The translations under genes and the position numbers were made by a program. Below the pieces are notes generated by a model. The model ran no database searches, was not told the DNA's origin, and was given only the letters and a program-made list of their open reading frames with translations. From contig NW_021832971.1 of NCBI RefSeq assembly GCF_006345805.1, forward strand, positions 1-64,000: 64,000 bases of DNA, given 5' to 3'. Origin of the DNA: Octopus sinensis. Taxonomy: Eukaryota. Shown one piece after another: positions 12,496 through 23,564 of this stretch (the first letter of the stretch is position 1; each line of letters starts with the position of its first letter).

Positions 12496-14088
12496 CTGTT
12501 TTCAATATTGTTGTCAGTGGTGGTTCAATGCCACTTTATGATCCACTGGTATCAGATGGTTCAGTAGTTGGAGATATTACCCAATGTCTATTGATTAATT
12601 ACTCACTGGTGGTTGTAACGGATGATGAAGGTTACATTGAAGTGAGAGAGAAGTTCTCGTAGATGGTAGCTCAGTGGTTGTATTAGGGAACATTTCGTGA
12701 TAGTAGAAGGTTGTTCCTGTCTGAGTAGCTGTTAGCTCAGTGCGGTTAAGCGATTAGTTAGTGGGGGGAGACAACAGTAAAGTTAGGATGGGCTATAGTT
12801 CAGTGGTATCAGATTGGGTTCAGAGCGAGTGGATTTTGTTCCTCGGTGGCAGGTTTAATATTTGTTTTATATAAAAAAATTGTCAACTTAAAAGAAAGAG
12901 ATGATTGTTCAGTGGGGGTAGTTATGGGCCCAGGTTTAGTAATCTATTGTTCATGGGAGTAGGTGAACATTTGCAGATGAAGGCTGAGTATTGAGTGAAG
13001 GCAATGTGTGGCGAGGTTGATAATTAATGGCTTAACAGAGTCAGGCTTTACGTCACTAAAGGAGAAGATATCATCCAATGGGGCCAATAAAGACCCAGTT
13101 GTTTTGGAATGTAGATATTCTTTTCTATTCTAGGCACAAGGCCCGAAATTTGGGGGGAGGGGGCCAGTCGATTATATTGACCCCAGTACGCAACTGGTAC
13201 TTAATTTATCGACACCGAAAGGATAAAAGTCAAAGTCTACCTCGGCGGAATTTGAACTCGGAACGTAAATATAGACGAAATACCGCTAAGCATTTCGCCC
13301 GGCGTGCTAACGATTCTGCCAGTTCGCCGCTCTTTAGGTTGTAGATATTAACATAGAATGAGTTGTAAGTAAAGAAGGGCAATAACTCAATGAGAACGTG
13401 GGCGCTTGTTCAGTGAAGGTAGATGGAGTCTCAAAGGGAAAATCGTAGATAATAGAGCAATATTAGGAGGGTATGAATCGATAGATCATTGTAGAGTAGT
13501 GGTGTGAAACGGTTTAGTTACATTGGAGTGAATGAGTTTTCTACAGAAGCAAATGCGAGTGCATTGGAGAAGACATGTACCTGGGGATGGGGGATGGGGG
13601 AATGGTGGGTAGATCAGTAAAACAAGGTGAGGAGTGCAATATGGATCAGTTCGGAAGGATGGAACCTGAATGATGGTATAAGAGGGGACGATTGGGCAAT
13701 GGTGGTAAATGATTGGTGAATTCAGTTGGATGGTGGTCCAGTGGTTGTAGAGGATATTTCAATGGTGGTTGATGATTGTCCTGTGGGCGTAGAATACGGG
13801 TTTTTTCTTCTGTGAAAAGAAGATGGTGATTCAAGCTGAATAAAGATGGTTGTTCTGTTGTTGTTGATTTTTAAAATAGATTTGTGGTCTTCGATGATTG
13901 TCCCGTGGTGGTAGACAATAACTCAGTGACTGTCGAAAATATGTTAGTGAGTGTAGATGTCGCTGCAGTAGTTGTTGATGGTTGTTGCCCGGTTGGTGTA
14001 GGCTGTGGTTCTGCGGTGGATTGGGTAACTCCGACAGTTGTGTCTCCATTCTGTCTGTTCCATGCGCCGTACCATTGTCGTGGAGGGT
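12496..14088 (-). pseudogene. Fossil Ser/Thr/Pro-rich mucin-type exon interrupted by a SINE
   Basis: cttttacag|AC CCT CCA CGA... reads PPRQWYGAWNRQNGDTTVGVTQSTAEPQPTPTGQQPSTTTAATST... to a TAA at 13873-13871, with more stops beyond. Donor ACA G|gtaatt at 12496. Confidence 0.55.
13120..13339 (-). mobile_element. Octopus-type tRNA-derived SINE with 10-bp target-site duplication
   Basis: Similar to the 56117 copy (ggcagaatcgttagcacgccgggcgaaatgcttagcggtatttcgtc...gagttcaaattccgccgagg). TSD tgtagatatt at 13110-13119 and 13340-13349. Confidence 0.85.
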
Positions 14089-14214
14089 CTGTAAAAGAGC
14101 AGATTTGTGTTTCAGTCTACATTTCAAACAGACATCACACGTTTGCTTGATATTAAGAATGGTAGCAATGATGCATATAATATTTAGTGGAGTTATTAGA
14201 GGTGGGAGAAGATT

Positions 14215-14546
14215 AATAATTATAAGTAAAGAAGGAGGAGGAGGAGGAGGTAATGAGTATAATAATGGAGAAAAGAAGAAGGAAAAGAAAAATGAGGAAG
14301 AGGAGGAGGATGAAGAAGAAGAGGAAAAGGAAGAGGGGGAGGGGGAGGAAAATAAGAGGAGGTGGAGCATGAGGAGCAGGAGCAGGAGAAGGAGAAAAAG
14401 AAGAGGAGGTGGAGCAGGAGGAGGAGAAAAAGAAGTGGAGGTGGAGCAGGAGGAGGAGAAAAAGAAGTGGAGGAGGAGCAGGAGGAGGAGGAAAAGAAGT
14501 GGAGGTGGAGCAGGATGAGGAGAAGGAAAAGGAGGAGGAGGAGGAA

Positions 14547-14578
<32 letters not shown>

Positions 14579-14612
14579 AAGAAGAAGAAGAAGAAGAAGA
14601 AGAGAAGAAGAG
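14215..14612. repeat. Purine-rich GGA/GAA low-complexity tract
   Basis: Directly visible. Confidence 0.95.
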
Positions 14613-14929
14613 GAGAATATTTGTGGTTTTGAAAAAAGCTGCGCTTCTTCATTTGTCTTGCGTACAATAACCTCCCCATTCCCTCTATATTCCTTGTAAT
14701 TACTTTGGTAGTTGTCACATAAGGTACCAAAATAGATACACTTCTCTCTCTCTCATTTAACAACTGACAAGTGAGTGAACCACATCAGCATTGTGAGTGA
14801 ACCACTTAACCATTCCATATTTGGTCTCGCCAAACACACATCCTTTCTGTATTCTTTGGATATTCTTTTCTTTTTAAAAATTACTTCTCATCCTATGATA
14901 ACGGTCTTTCATAATGATGTAATGTATAC

Positions 14930-14989
<60 letters not shown>

Positions 14990-15015
14990 AAAAAAGCAAC
15001 AAGAATGGATTAAAA

Positions 15016-15103
15016 TCTCGGTACGATCGTTTCGTACGAGGACATCTTTAATAAGCTACAAAAAATGCAGTGAATACAGATGGCTCGTACTCGTCAGCCG
15101 AAA
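15016..15103 (-). ncRNA. Canonical minimal type I hammerhead ribozyme
   Basis: Minus strand: UUUCGG-CUGACGA-GUACGAG...CUCGUAC-GAAA-C GAUC G-UA-CCGAGA. All core residues present, G10.1-C11.1 pair, palindromic ACGAUCGU helix III; predicted cleavage 3' of position 15022. Confidence 0.85.
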
Positions 15104-16416
15104 AAACATCAGAGAATTCCCAAACATCAAAGGGGTAGATACAAAAGAGGTTGTAAGATTAGCTGCATTGAAGAAAGTTCGATTCATGGAGATCCGATGA
15201 AAGGTTTTAAACCTACAGAATTTATGCATGTCTACATATAGCTCATATTGAATATTTGATCAAGTTGTGTGAAGAAATTTTCGGATACAGTCATGCAAAA
15301 TTTCTGAAAATCCGAGTAAGAGGCAAAGTGACTGCCATATCATGTAGAGGAAAGTCTGAGTAAAAGCAAAGTGACTGTCATATCGTGTAGAGGAACAGAT
15401 TGTTATTGAAATTTACAAGAATCGCAGATAAGTTCGATTTTTTGGAGATCCGATGAAAAAGTCTTGAACTTACAAAATATGTGTATGTCCTTATAGTTCA
15501 TAATCCAGTTTTGTGAAGAGATTTAGGGTACAATCATGCGAAAAATATCAGGGAATCCGAATGAGAAGCAAAATGACAGTCTTATATTGTAGCGGTTCAG
15601 GTTGTTAATGAATTTTACAAGAATCACAGAAAGAGGAGGAAGGAAGTAGAAATTTAATCAGTTACTGCTATTTAAGCTATCAAAGAGAAAGGAAAGGGGA
15701 AGCTAAGGGGATGGGCACAAGTTGATACTAACAGAAAATCTAAGCTTGTTTAGAACACAAATTCGAACTGAGGCCAACAATTTATTTCTTTATTTATAAA
15801 TGTTACTATTATAGATTGTCAGGTTTACAAAGGTCATTAGAAAGGAAAGAAAAATGGGGTTGTTTTTAAATGAAATAAACAATTATATTATTATTATACT
15901 ATACTATAATACACTACACTATATTATATTATATTATTTTGTTAATTATATCACCACAATACACTACGATAGGTCTGGGATTAGCAGAATTAATTTTAGT
16001 GTAAAAGAAATTAAGAGATTAACTAACTATATTTGTAATGGGTTAAAAAATAGACTTATTGATTTATCAATTATGATTTATTTCTATTGGACCAATTATT
16101 AATAAATTAAATTTTGCTCTATTTTTATCCATTCTTAGTCTATTTTTTAACCCATTACAATATTAGTTAGTTAAATCTCTTAATTTTTGGGGGGCAACTA
16201 GATCGAACCATCTCAAGTGTAACTGCCCGAAATGGTCGTGACTTCTGGAACTTGACTGAGGAAAAAAAGCCACGAATGGCCCGTCTTTTTTTGCCTATCC
16301 TTCTAATTGTTGTTTCTCTTGTCCGTCTTTGTATCGTCTAACTGTCCGAGTGTTTTAATGTCCTCTATTGCGTTTTTGTTCCATTTTTATATTTATATGC
16401 ACACACACACACACAC

Positions 16417-16453
<37 letters not shown>

Positions 16454-16782
16454 ACACACAAACACACACACTCAAATTGTCTGTCTTGATCCTAGGCATC
16501 ATTTGAAGTGATTTAATTTTTGTAGTGAATGCCATTCTAAATAAATGGAAGAAATGTGTTTTATTCGGCAAAAACTCAGCCTAAACAACATTTCTTCTTC
16601 CGTGGATTAGAAAGTGTCTGCTTGGCTCAACGAGTGATCAATATAACATACAGTTAACCATATGATCAGCTGATCGGTTGATCACTTGACCAGCAAACAT
16701 GACCGATAGTCCTTGAAACTTCGTGATGCCCATAAAAAAAGACAGGATACATGATACAGCGTGAATCAGTCAGGAATACTGG

Positions 16783-17252
16783 GATTTATATAACCAGCTG
16801 TATAGATTGATAGATTCTTTATGAGTTCCATGATGTCATCGATATTTTGATACAAGTTCATAGGGGCTTTGTTATTGTTCGATACAGGCATTGATCCTCT
16901 GTAACAGAGGCATCGTTACTGTTTGATACATCAAACTGTTTGATACAGCATTGAATACACTTGATGCAGGCATTACTGTCACGTGTCAGAGACACGTGAC
17001 AGTAATGCTGATACAGCCATTAATACAGTTGTACACACCTTGTTTGAGACTGTTTGATATGGACATTCAGTCAGTTTAATAATGCATTTGATACAGTTTG
17101 ATACAATCATTGATGGAGTTACTTCCTGAATTTGATACAACGGGAGATACAATACGATACGGTTATTTCGCTGTTACAGTGGAAGGTACAATGCGATACG
17201 GTCATTTCTGCTCATATAAGCATCTTGATACAAGCATTGATACAGCGATAGA
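16783..17252. repeat. Second copy of the 470-bp segment at 11279-11748
   Basis: Direct comparison with the first copy. Confidence 0.9.
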
Positions 17253-18359
17253 AAGCGAGAATTTGGCAACATTGTTAGTGTGGAATACTGAGTAAAATGG
17301 CATTCGGTAACTTTTGGGTAATGGCTGTGTTGATATGCTGTACACCACCGATTTGAGGAGATCCGATGTCAGGTCCATAAAGATTCAAATGACTTCTATA
17401 TATTTCTGAGAAGCTACGAAAACTTTTAATAGCACTTCTTGAATTTTGTTGGTGATTCTTCAAGAATTTATCGGGCTTTTGACGCCTCCACACGCAGTAC
17501 CAATTTGTAGATTATCATTGCCCCCATAAATGAGGTCAAACTTCTGTAAACAAGGCTACAAAGGAATCTCTGGTATTACAACCCGCAATGTTCGTAGAAA
17601 AGGGAAATTTCTTGTCTCCATGTATAGTATGCTCTCAGCTCACCAACAGCTTTACTTTTTGGACTGGTTGGCAGAGTATTTCCGAATTCAAAAATAGAAA
17701 GAATGTAAATCTGTCCGTGTTATTAGTGTTACCCTTGAGATCTTGTAAGGGTTGACCGAGAGCTTCTAATGGAAGTCTGTGTCATATTGAGTGCTCATTT
17801 CATAATTACAGCTTGGACAGTTTTAGAGCTTTTCACTGCTCAGATGTTTTGCCAGTTTGTGCACCAGACCGTTAACGTCTGCAAGCTTGACTGACAACTT
17901 AAAGCAGTGTTGTCACGTGTGGGAAGAGCTGCAGAAATTCCTGATGGACAGCCGCAATCTGTTTGGATAAAGAAGCCGTTGCCAAAATTAGGATTATCAA
18001 AAAGGTTTTACTTGGTTCACCAAAAGTATTACCGCAAACTATCTTGTCTTTGACCGTCTATGTTTTATTTGCGCCAGTCATTAGACTTTGACCATGCGAC
18101 TTTGAAGAATGTGTAGTCGAATGAGTCGCCTCCTTTACATTGATTTAAAGCCTGGTACTTATTCTAGCGTTCTGTTTTGCCGAACCGCCAAGTTGCGAGG
18201 ACGTATGCACACCAATACTAGTCGTCCAGCGATGTAGGGAGACAGAGACAGATATAAACACACATCCACACACACACATCCACACAAACACACACCAACA
18301 CCCACACCCCATATGTATATATGTATATACACACATATATATATGCACACACTCATACA

Positions 18360-18698
18360 TATATGGCTCAGTGGATAAAGCGTCGGGTTCATAATCATGA
18401 AGTAGTGAGTTCGATTCCCGGGCCGAGATGTGTGTTGCGTTCTTGAGCAAGATACTCTGTTTCACGTCACTTCAGTTCATTCAGCTGTAGAAAGGAGTTG
18501 CGACATCACTGGTACCAATCTGCATTGGCCTTTGCTTATCCTTTGGATAACATCAGTGTCTTGGATAAGGGAGGCTGGCATGTGCATGGGTGACGACTGT
18601 TGGTCTTCCATAAAGCCTCCCGGGCTTGTACCTCGGCGTGGAGCTTTCTAGGTGCAATCCCATGGTTATTCATGACTGAAGGGCTCTTTACCCTTTTA
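18360..18698 (+). mobile_element. tRNA-derived SINE
   Basis: A box TGGCTCAGTGG (18364-18374) and B box GTTCGATTCCC (18409-18419), followed by a SINE body and a microsatellite tail. Confidence 0.8.
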
Positions 18699-18724
18699 CA
18701 TATATGTGTATAAGTATAAATGTA

Positions 18725-18759
18725 ATTATACATACATACATACATACATACATACATGC

Positions 18760-18843
<84 letters not shown>

Positions 18844-18940
18844 ATATACATATATATATACATATATATATATACATATATATATATATGTATATATATA
18901 TATTACATATATGCGTATATATATATATATACATATATGC

Positions 18941-19016
<76 letters not shown>

Positions 19017-19073
19017 TACATATATATATACATATATATATATATACACACATATATATATACACATATATAT

Positions 19074-19110
<37 letters not shown>
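18725..19110. repeat. (TA)n/(CATA)n microsatellite
   Basis: Directly visible; source of the YI-repeat ORFs. Confidence 0.97.
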
Positions 19111-19540
19111 TAGCAAATTAATTTCACATAAGTGCGAGTTAACGTAGTCGTTGTTACAGACTTCCCACCCTGGATCCGACGGAACATTGAGGACAAAGTA
19201 ACTGGACACAAAGCAGGCTATCCCAGCATTGTGTACAGGTTTCAGCTGAAAAAAGAAAATACAAGACAAACGTAAGATAATATGTTGTAGCCAAGAAGAT
19301 ATGTTAGTTGTTGTACGAAATCAAGACCTAACTAAACAAAGCAACACAACAATCGCAGATAATTAATTTAGTACAAACCACACACTCATATGCCTCTCTC
19401 CATGGGAAGAACTGTGAAAAGTCACTTCACAGTCTCCCATGAGATTGTAGCCATGACACACAGTTTCATCATTTATCCACTTAACATGATGCCATCAACC
19501 ATTATTGGGATTAGGAGGGGTAGAGTGTTTACAAACATAC

Positions 19541-22500
19541 CTGAATTACTTGTCAGCTGTTCCAGTCGATGGTGATAGTATATCACTCCATAGCGATGTG
19601 TAATAAAAATATTTCGGGCAGCAATAATGGGATTTAGTTGGTATGGCGTCGGTTAGTTGTGCAGTAGTTGAGTGCAGTCACGAAATTCTTGTGGTATATT
19701 CTGCAGATGTGCTGGTTGATTGCACAACTGACGCAGTCGGACGAGCAGGACTCTGGGCAGATATTATAGGCGAGGATGCAGTTGTTGTAGTTGACTGTGA
19801 AGTTATTGTTGATTATACGCATGACGTGGTTACTTGTTGTGTTCGGTCACTCAGTACTTATGGGTAGTTGTGCAACTGTTGTGGCTCGCTGCAGCTGGCT
19901 ATGCAGGTGTGGTTGGTTGTGAAAATGTTCTTGTAGATGTGCAGCTATTGTTAGTGTACAGGTGTTGTGCATGTTTGTCCATTGTAGGAGATGCCGTAAC
20001 AACGGCAGCATGAGCAGTCATTGAAACTGCTAATGCAGTGAAGATGGTTCTGGTGCAGTTGTTGTTGTTGATCGCTCACCAGGAGTTGTTTTGGGCTGTG
20101 CACTTACAGCCGTTGGCGGTGGAGTGTATTTGGTTGAGCAGTTGCTATGTTAGGTTGTGTAGTTGTTGTGTTTGGTTGTAGAATTGTTTTGTTTGGCTGT
20201 GCAGTTCTTGTGTTAAGTTGTACAGTTGCTGTGTTTGGTTATGCAACAGAAGTGTTTGGTTGTAGAATTGTTTTGTTTGGCTGTGCAGCGGTTGTGCAGT
20301 TGTGTTTGAATGAGAAGCTGTTGTTGTAATTACTTGCGAAGTTAATGTGGTTGGTTGAGCAGTTCTTTGTCTAAGGTTGTGTAGTTGAGGTGTGTGGTAG
20401 TACAGCTGCTGTGTTTAGGTGTGTAGTTGTAAAGTTTGGCTGTGCTATTAATTCATTGTATAGATGTTAAGACGCACAGGTGTGTTACGTTCTGCAGTTA
20501 ATATGATTGTTTGTGTATTGAGTCGGATGTTTGTGCAGTTGTCGTCATTAGATGTGCAGCTGAGGAGAATTATCATGCAGTTGTTTGTTGAGCTAGTGTA
20601 GATGCTTGTGCAGCAGATGCTGATCGTTGTTCAGTTGGTGCTATTAGTTGTTCAGCTCGTGTTGTTGGCGATTCAGCTTATGTTGTTGTTGGTTGTTCAG
20701 CTGTTGTTGGGTATGCAGCATCTGTTGTTGGTTTGTTCAGCTGATGGAGTTTGTTGTTCAGCTGGTATTGTTTGTTCAGTCGGCGTTGTCAGATGTTCAG
20801 CTGGTATTGTCGGTTCTTCAACTGATGTTGTTGATTGTTCACCTGGTGTTGCCGCTTGTTGTTGTTTGTTCTGCAGCAGTTGCTGATTACTCAGTACCTG
20901 TTGTTGGTTGTACAGCTGGTGTTGTATGTTCAGCTGTTGTTCTTGGTTGTTGAGCTTGTGCTGTTGGTTGTTCATCCGGTGTTGTTGGTTGTTCAGCAGC
21001 TGTTGTTGTTTTTTCGACTGGTGTTGCTTGGTGTTCATCAGCTTTTCTTAGTTGTTCAGCAATTGTTGTTTGTTGTTCTGTTGGAGTAGTTGGTTGTTCA
21101 CCTGCTGTTGTTGGTTGTTCATCTGGTGTTGCTGTTTGTTCAGCTGGTGTTCTTGGTTGTTCAACTCCTGATTTTGTTTGTTCACATGCGGTAGTTGGTA
21201 GTTCATCTGGTATTGTTAGTTGCTCAGCTGGTGTTGTTAATTGTTCGAAATATATTGTTGTTTGTTCGACTCGTATTGTTTTATGCTTATCAGGCGTTTT
21301 TGGTTCTTCAGCTGTTGTTTGGTGTTCACTTGGTGTGGTTTGTTGTTCCGCTGGTGTACTTGGTTGTTCAATTGATGTTCTCTGTCGGTCAGGTCATTTT
21401 GTGTGTTGTTCAGCTGGTGTTGTTCGTTGTTCAGTTGGTGTTGCTGGTTGCTCAGCTGGTGTTGACGGTTTTTCAACTATTGTTGTCTGTTGTTCGGCTG
21501 ATGTTATCAGCTGTTCAGCTGTTGTTGGCCGTTCAGCTGGTGTTGTTTGTTCAGCTGTTGTTCTTGGTTGTTGAGCTAGTGGTGTTGATTGTTCGGCTGG
21601 TGGTGTTGGTTGTTCAGTGCCTGTTGTTGTTGTTTGTTCGACTGTTGTTGTTTGTTGTTTTTGGTTGTTCAGCTATTGTTCTTAGTTGTTCCAATGGTGT
21701 CTTTCATTGTTCAGCTGATAGTTGTTTCTTTCCTCCTGCTGTTAGCTATTTAGCTAGTCTTGTTGGTTGTTCAACTCCTGTTATCGGTTGTTCAGATGCG
21801 GTTGTTAGTTGTTCAGCTGGCTTTGTTGGTAGTTCGGGTGGTGTAGTTTGTTGCTCAGCCGGTGTTGTTCGTTATTCAGTCGGTGTTCTTGGTTGTTCAG
21901 CGGCTGTTTTCGGTTGTTCAACTGGTGTTGTTGATCGTTAAGCTGGTATTGTCTGTTGCTCTGCAGCGGTTGTTGTTTCGTCCACTGGTGATGTTGATTG
22001 CTCAGCTTGTGTTGTCTGTCGTTCAGCTAGTTTTGTCGGCTGTTCAGCTTATGCTGTCGCTGATTGAACTGGTGTTGTTGGCTGTTCACTGGTGCTGTCC
22101 GTTGTTCAGTTATAGTTGTCTGTTGTCGGCTGTTCACCTGGACCTGTTATTGGTTGTTGAACTATTATTATTTTTTGTTTAACTGGTGTTGTTTGTTATT
22201 CATGAGTTGTTGTTGGTCGCTCAGCAGCGGTTGCTGCCTGTGCAGCTGTTTTTGTTTATTATTTTTTTTTAGCTGATGTTCTCTGTTGTTCCACGGTGGT
22301 TGTTGGTTGTTCAGATATTGATGTTTCTTTTCCTGCTGCTGTCGTTCGTTGTTCGAGTGGTGTTGTTTGTTGTTCAGCTGTTGTTACTGGCTGTTCAACT
22401 GGTGTTGTTGTTCTAATTGAGCTCTCGATATTTCATCTGGTGCCGTTGGTTCTTCAGCAGCTCTTGATTGTTATTTATCTGGTGCTGTTGTTGTTCAGCT

Positions 22501-23564
22501 GCTTGTATGGTTATTGTTGTTGGTTGTTCAGCCGGTGCGGTCGATTGTTCAGCATGTGTTGTTTGTTGCTCAGCAGCTATTGTCCGTTGTTCAGTTGGTG
22601 TTATTGGTTATTCATCTGTTGTTGTTGTTGTTGGTTGTTCAGCTCATGTTGTCGGTTGTTCAGCTAATGTTGTCGGTTGTTCACCTTGCAACGCTGGTTG
22701 GGCAGCAGCTTTTGTTAAGTGTTCAGTCGGTGTTGTTGGCTGTTCAGCTGTTATTGTCGGTTGTACATCTGGTTTTGTTCATTGTTCAGCAGCTATAGTT
22801 AGTTATTCAGCTGGTGTTGTTGTTTTTTCAGTAGTTGTTGTTAGCTGTTAGTCTGGTGCTGTTGGCTGTTCAGGCAGTCCTGTAGGTTATTCAGCTGGTG
22901 TTATCTGTTGTTCAGCGGGTATTATCGGTGGTTCAGCTGGTGTTGTTGACTGTTCACCATCTGCTACAGCTAGTTTAGCGACTGTTTTTTCCTCTTTCAC
23001 TTGTGTTGTTTATAGTTCAGCAGCTGTTGTTGATGTTCAGATATTGTTTTTGGTTATTCAGCAGCTGTTGTTTGTTCTGCAGGTGGTGTTGTCATTTGTT
23101 CAGCTTGTGCGGTTCAGAGTTCAGCACCTGTTGATGGTTTGTCAGCTAATGCTCTTTCATTTTTAGTAGCTGTTGTTGTTGGTTCAGCTTTATTTGTCGG
23201 GCGTTCTGCTGGAATTGACGGTTGTTCGTCGGTTGATGCTGGTTGTTCAGCAGCTGTTATTGATTGTTCAGATATTATTGTTGCTGTGGGTTCTGCAGGC
23301 TTTAATGTCGTTGGTTCCTCAAGATTCACTGTTCTACTTGGTTCTTCAGGCGTTATAATTGATGGTAGTCCTTTAGCTTTTACAATTGTTGTTGGTTTTA
23401 GCGTTTACAATTGGCATTGGTTCTCAAAGTTATACTGTTCCTGTTGGTTCTTTTGCCTTTATATTTGTTCTTGTTTCTTCAGACTTTAATGTTGTGGTTG
23501 CTACTTTAGTTGTTACTGTTGCGGTTGGATCTTCAGCCATTACAATTGCTGTTGGTCATTTAGC
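19541..23564 (-). pseudogene. Decayed continuation of the mucin exon: degenerate PTTPAEQ (21-bp) and T/S-rich repeats with many stops and frameshifts
   Basis: Unit CCA ACA ACA CCA GCT GAA CAA is recognisable, with CAA>TAA nonsense changes (gct gaa taa) and indels. Ends at a plausible donor, ttcag|gtatgt, at 19541. Confidence 0.7.

Noticed and set aside
17280-18130. Possible Ty3/gypsy gag remnant on the minus strand (KDKIVCGN-like motif)
   Set aside because: Only one short motif across multiple stops; not supportable without a database search.
18360-18425. tRNA-like sequence with A and B boxes as a tRNA gene
   Set aside because: No complete cloverleaf or acceptor stem, and it continues into a SINE body, so it is a SINE head.
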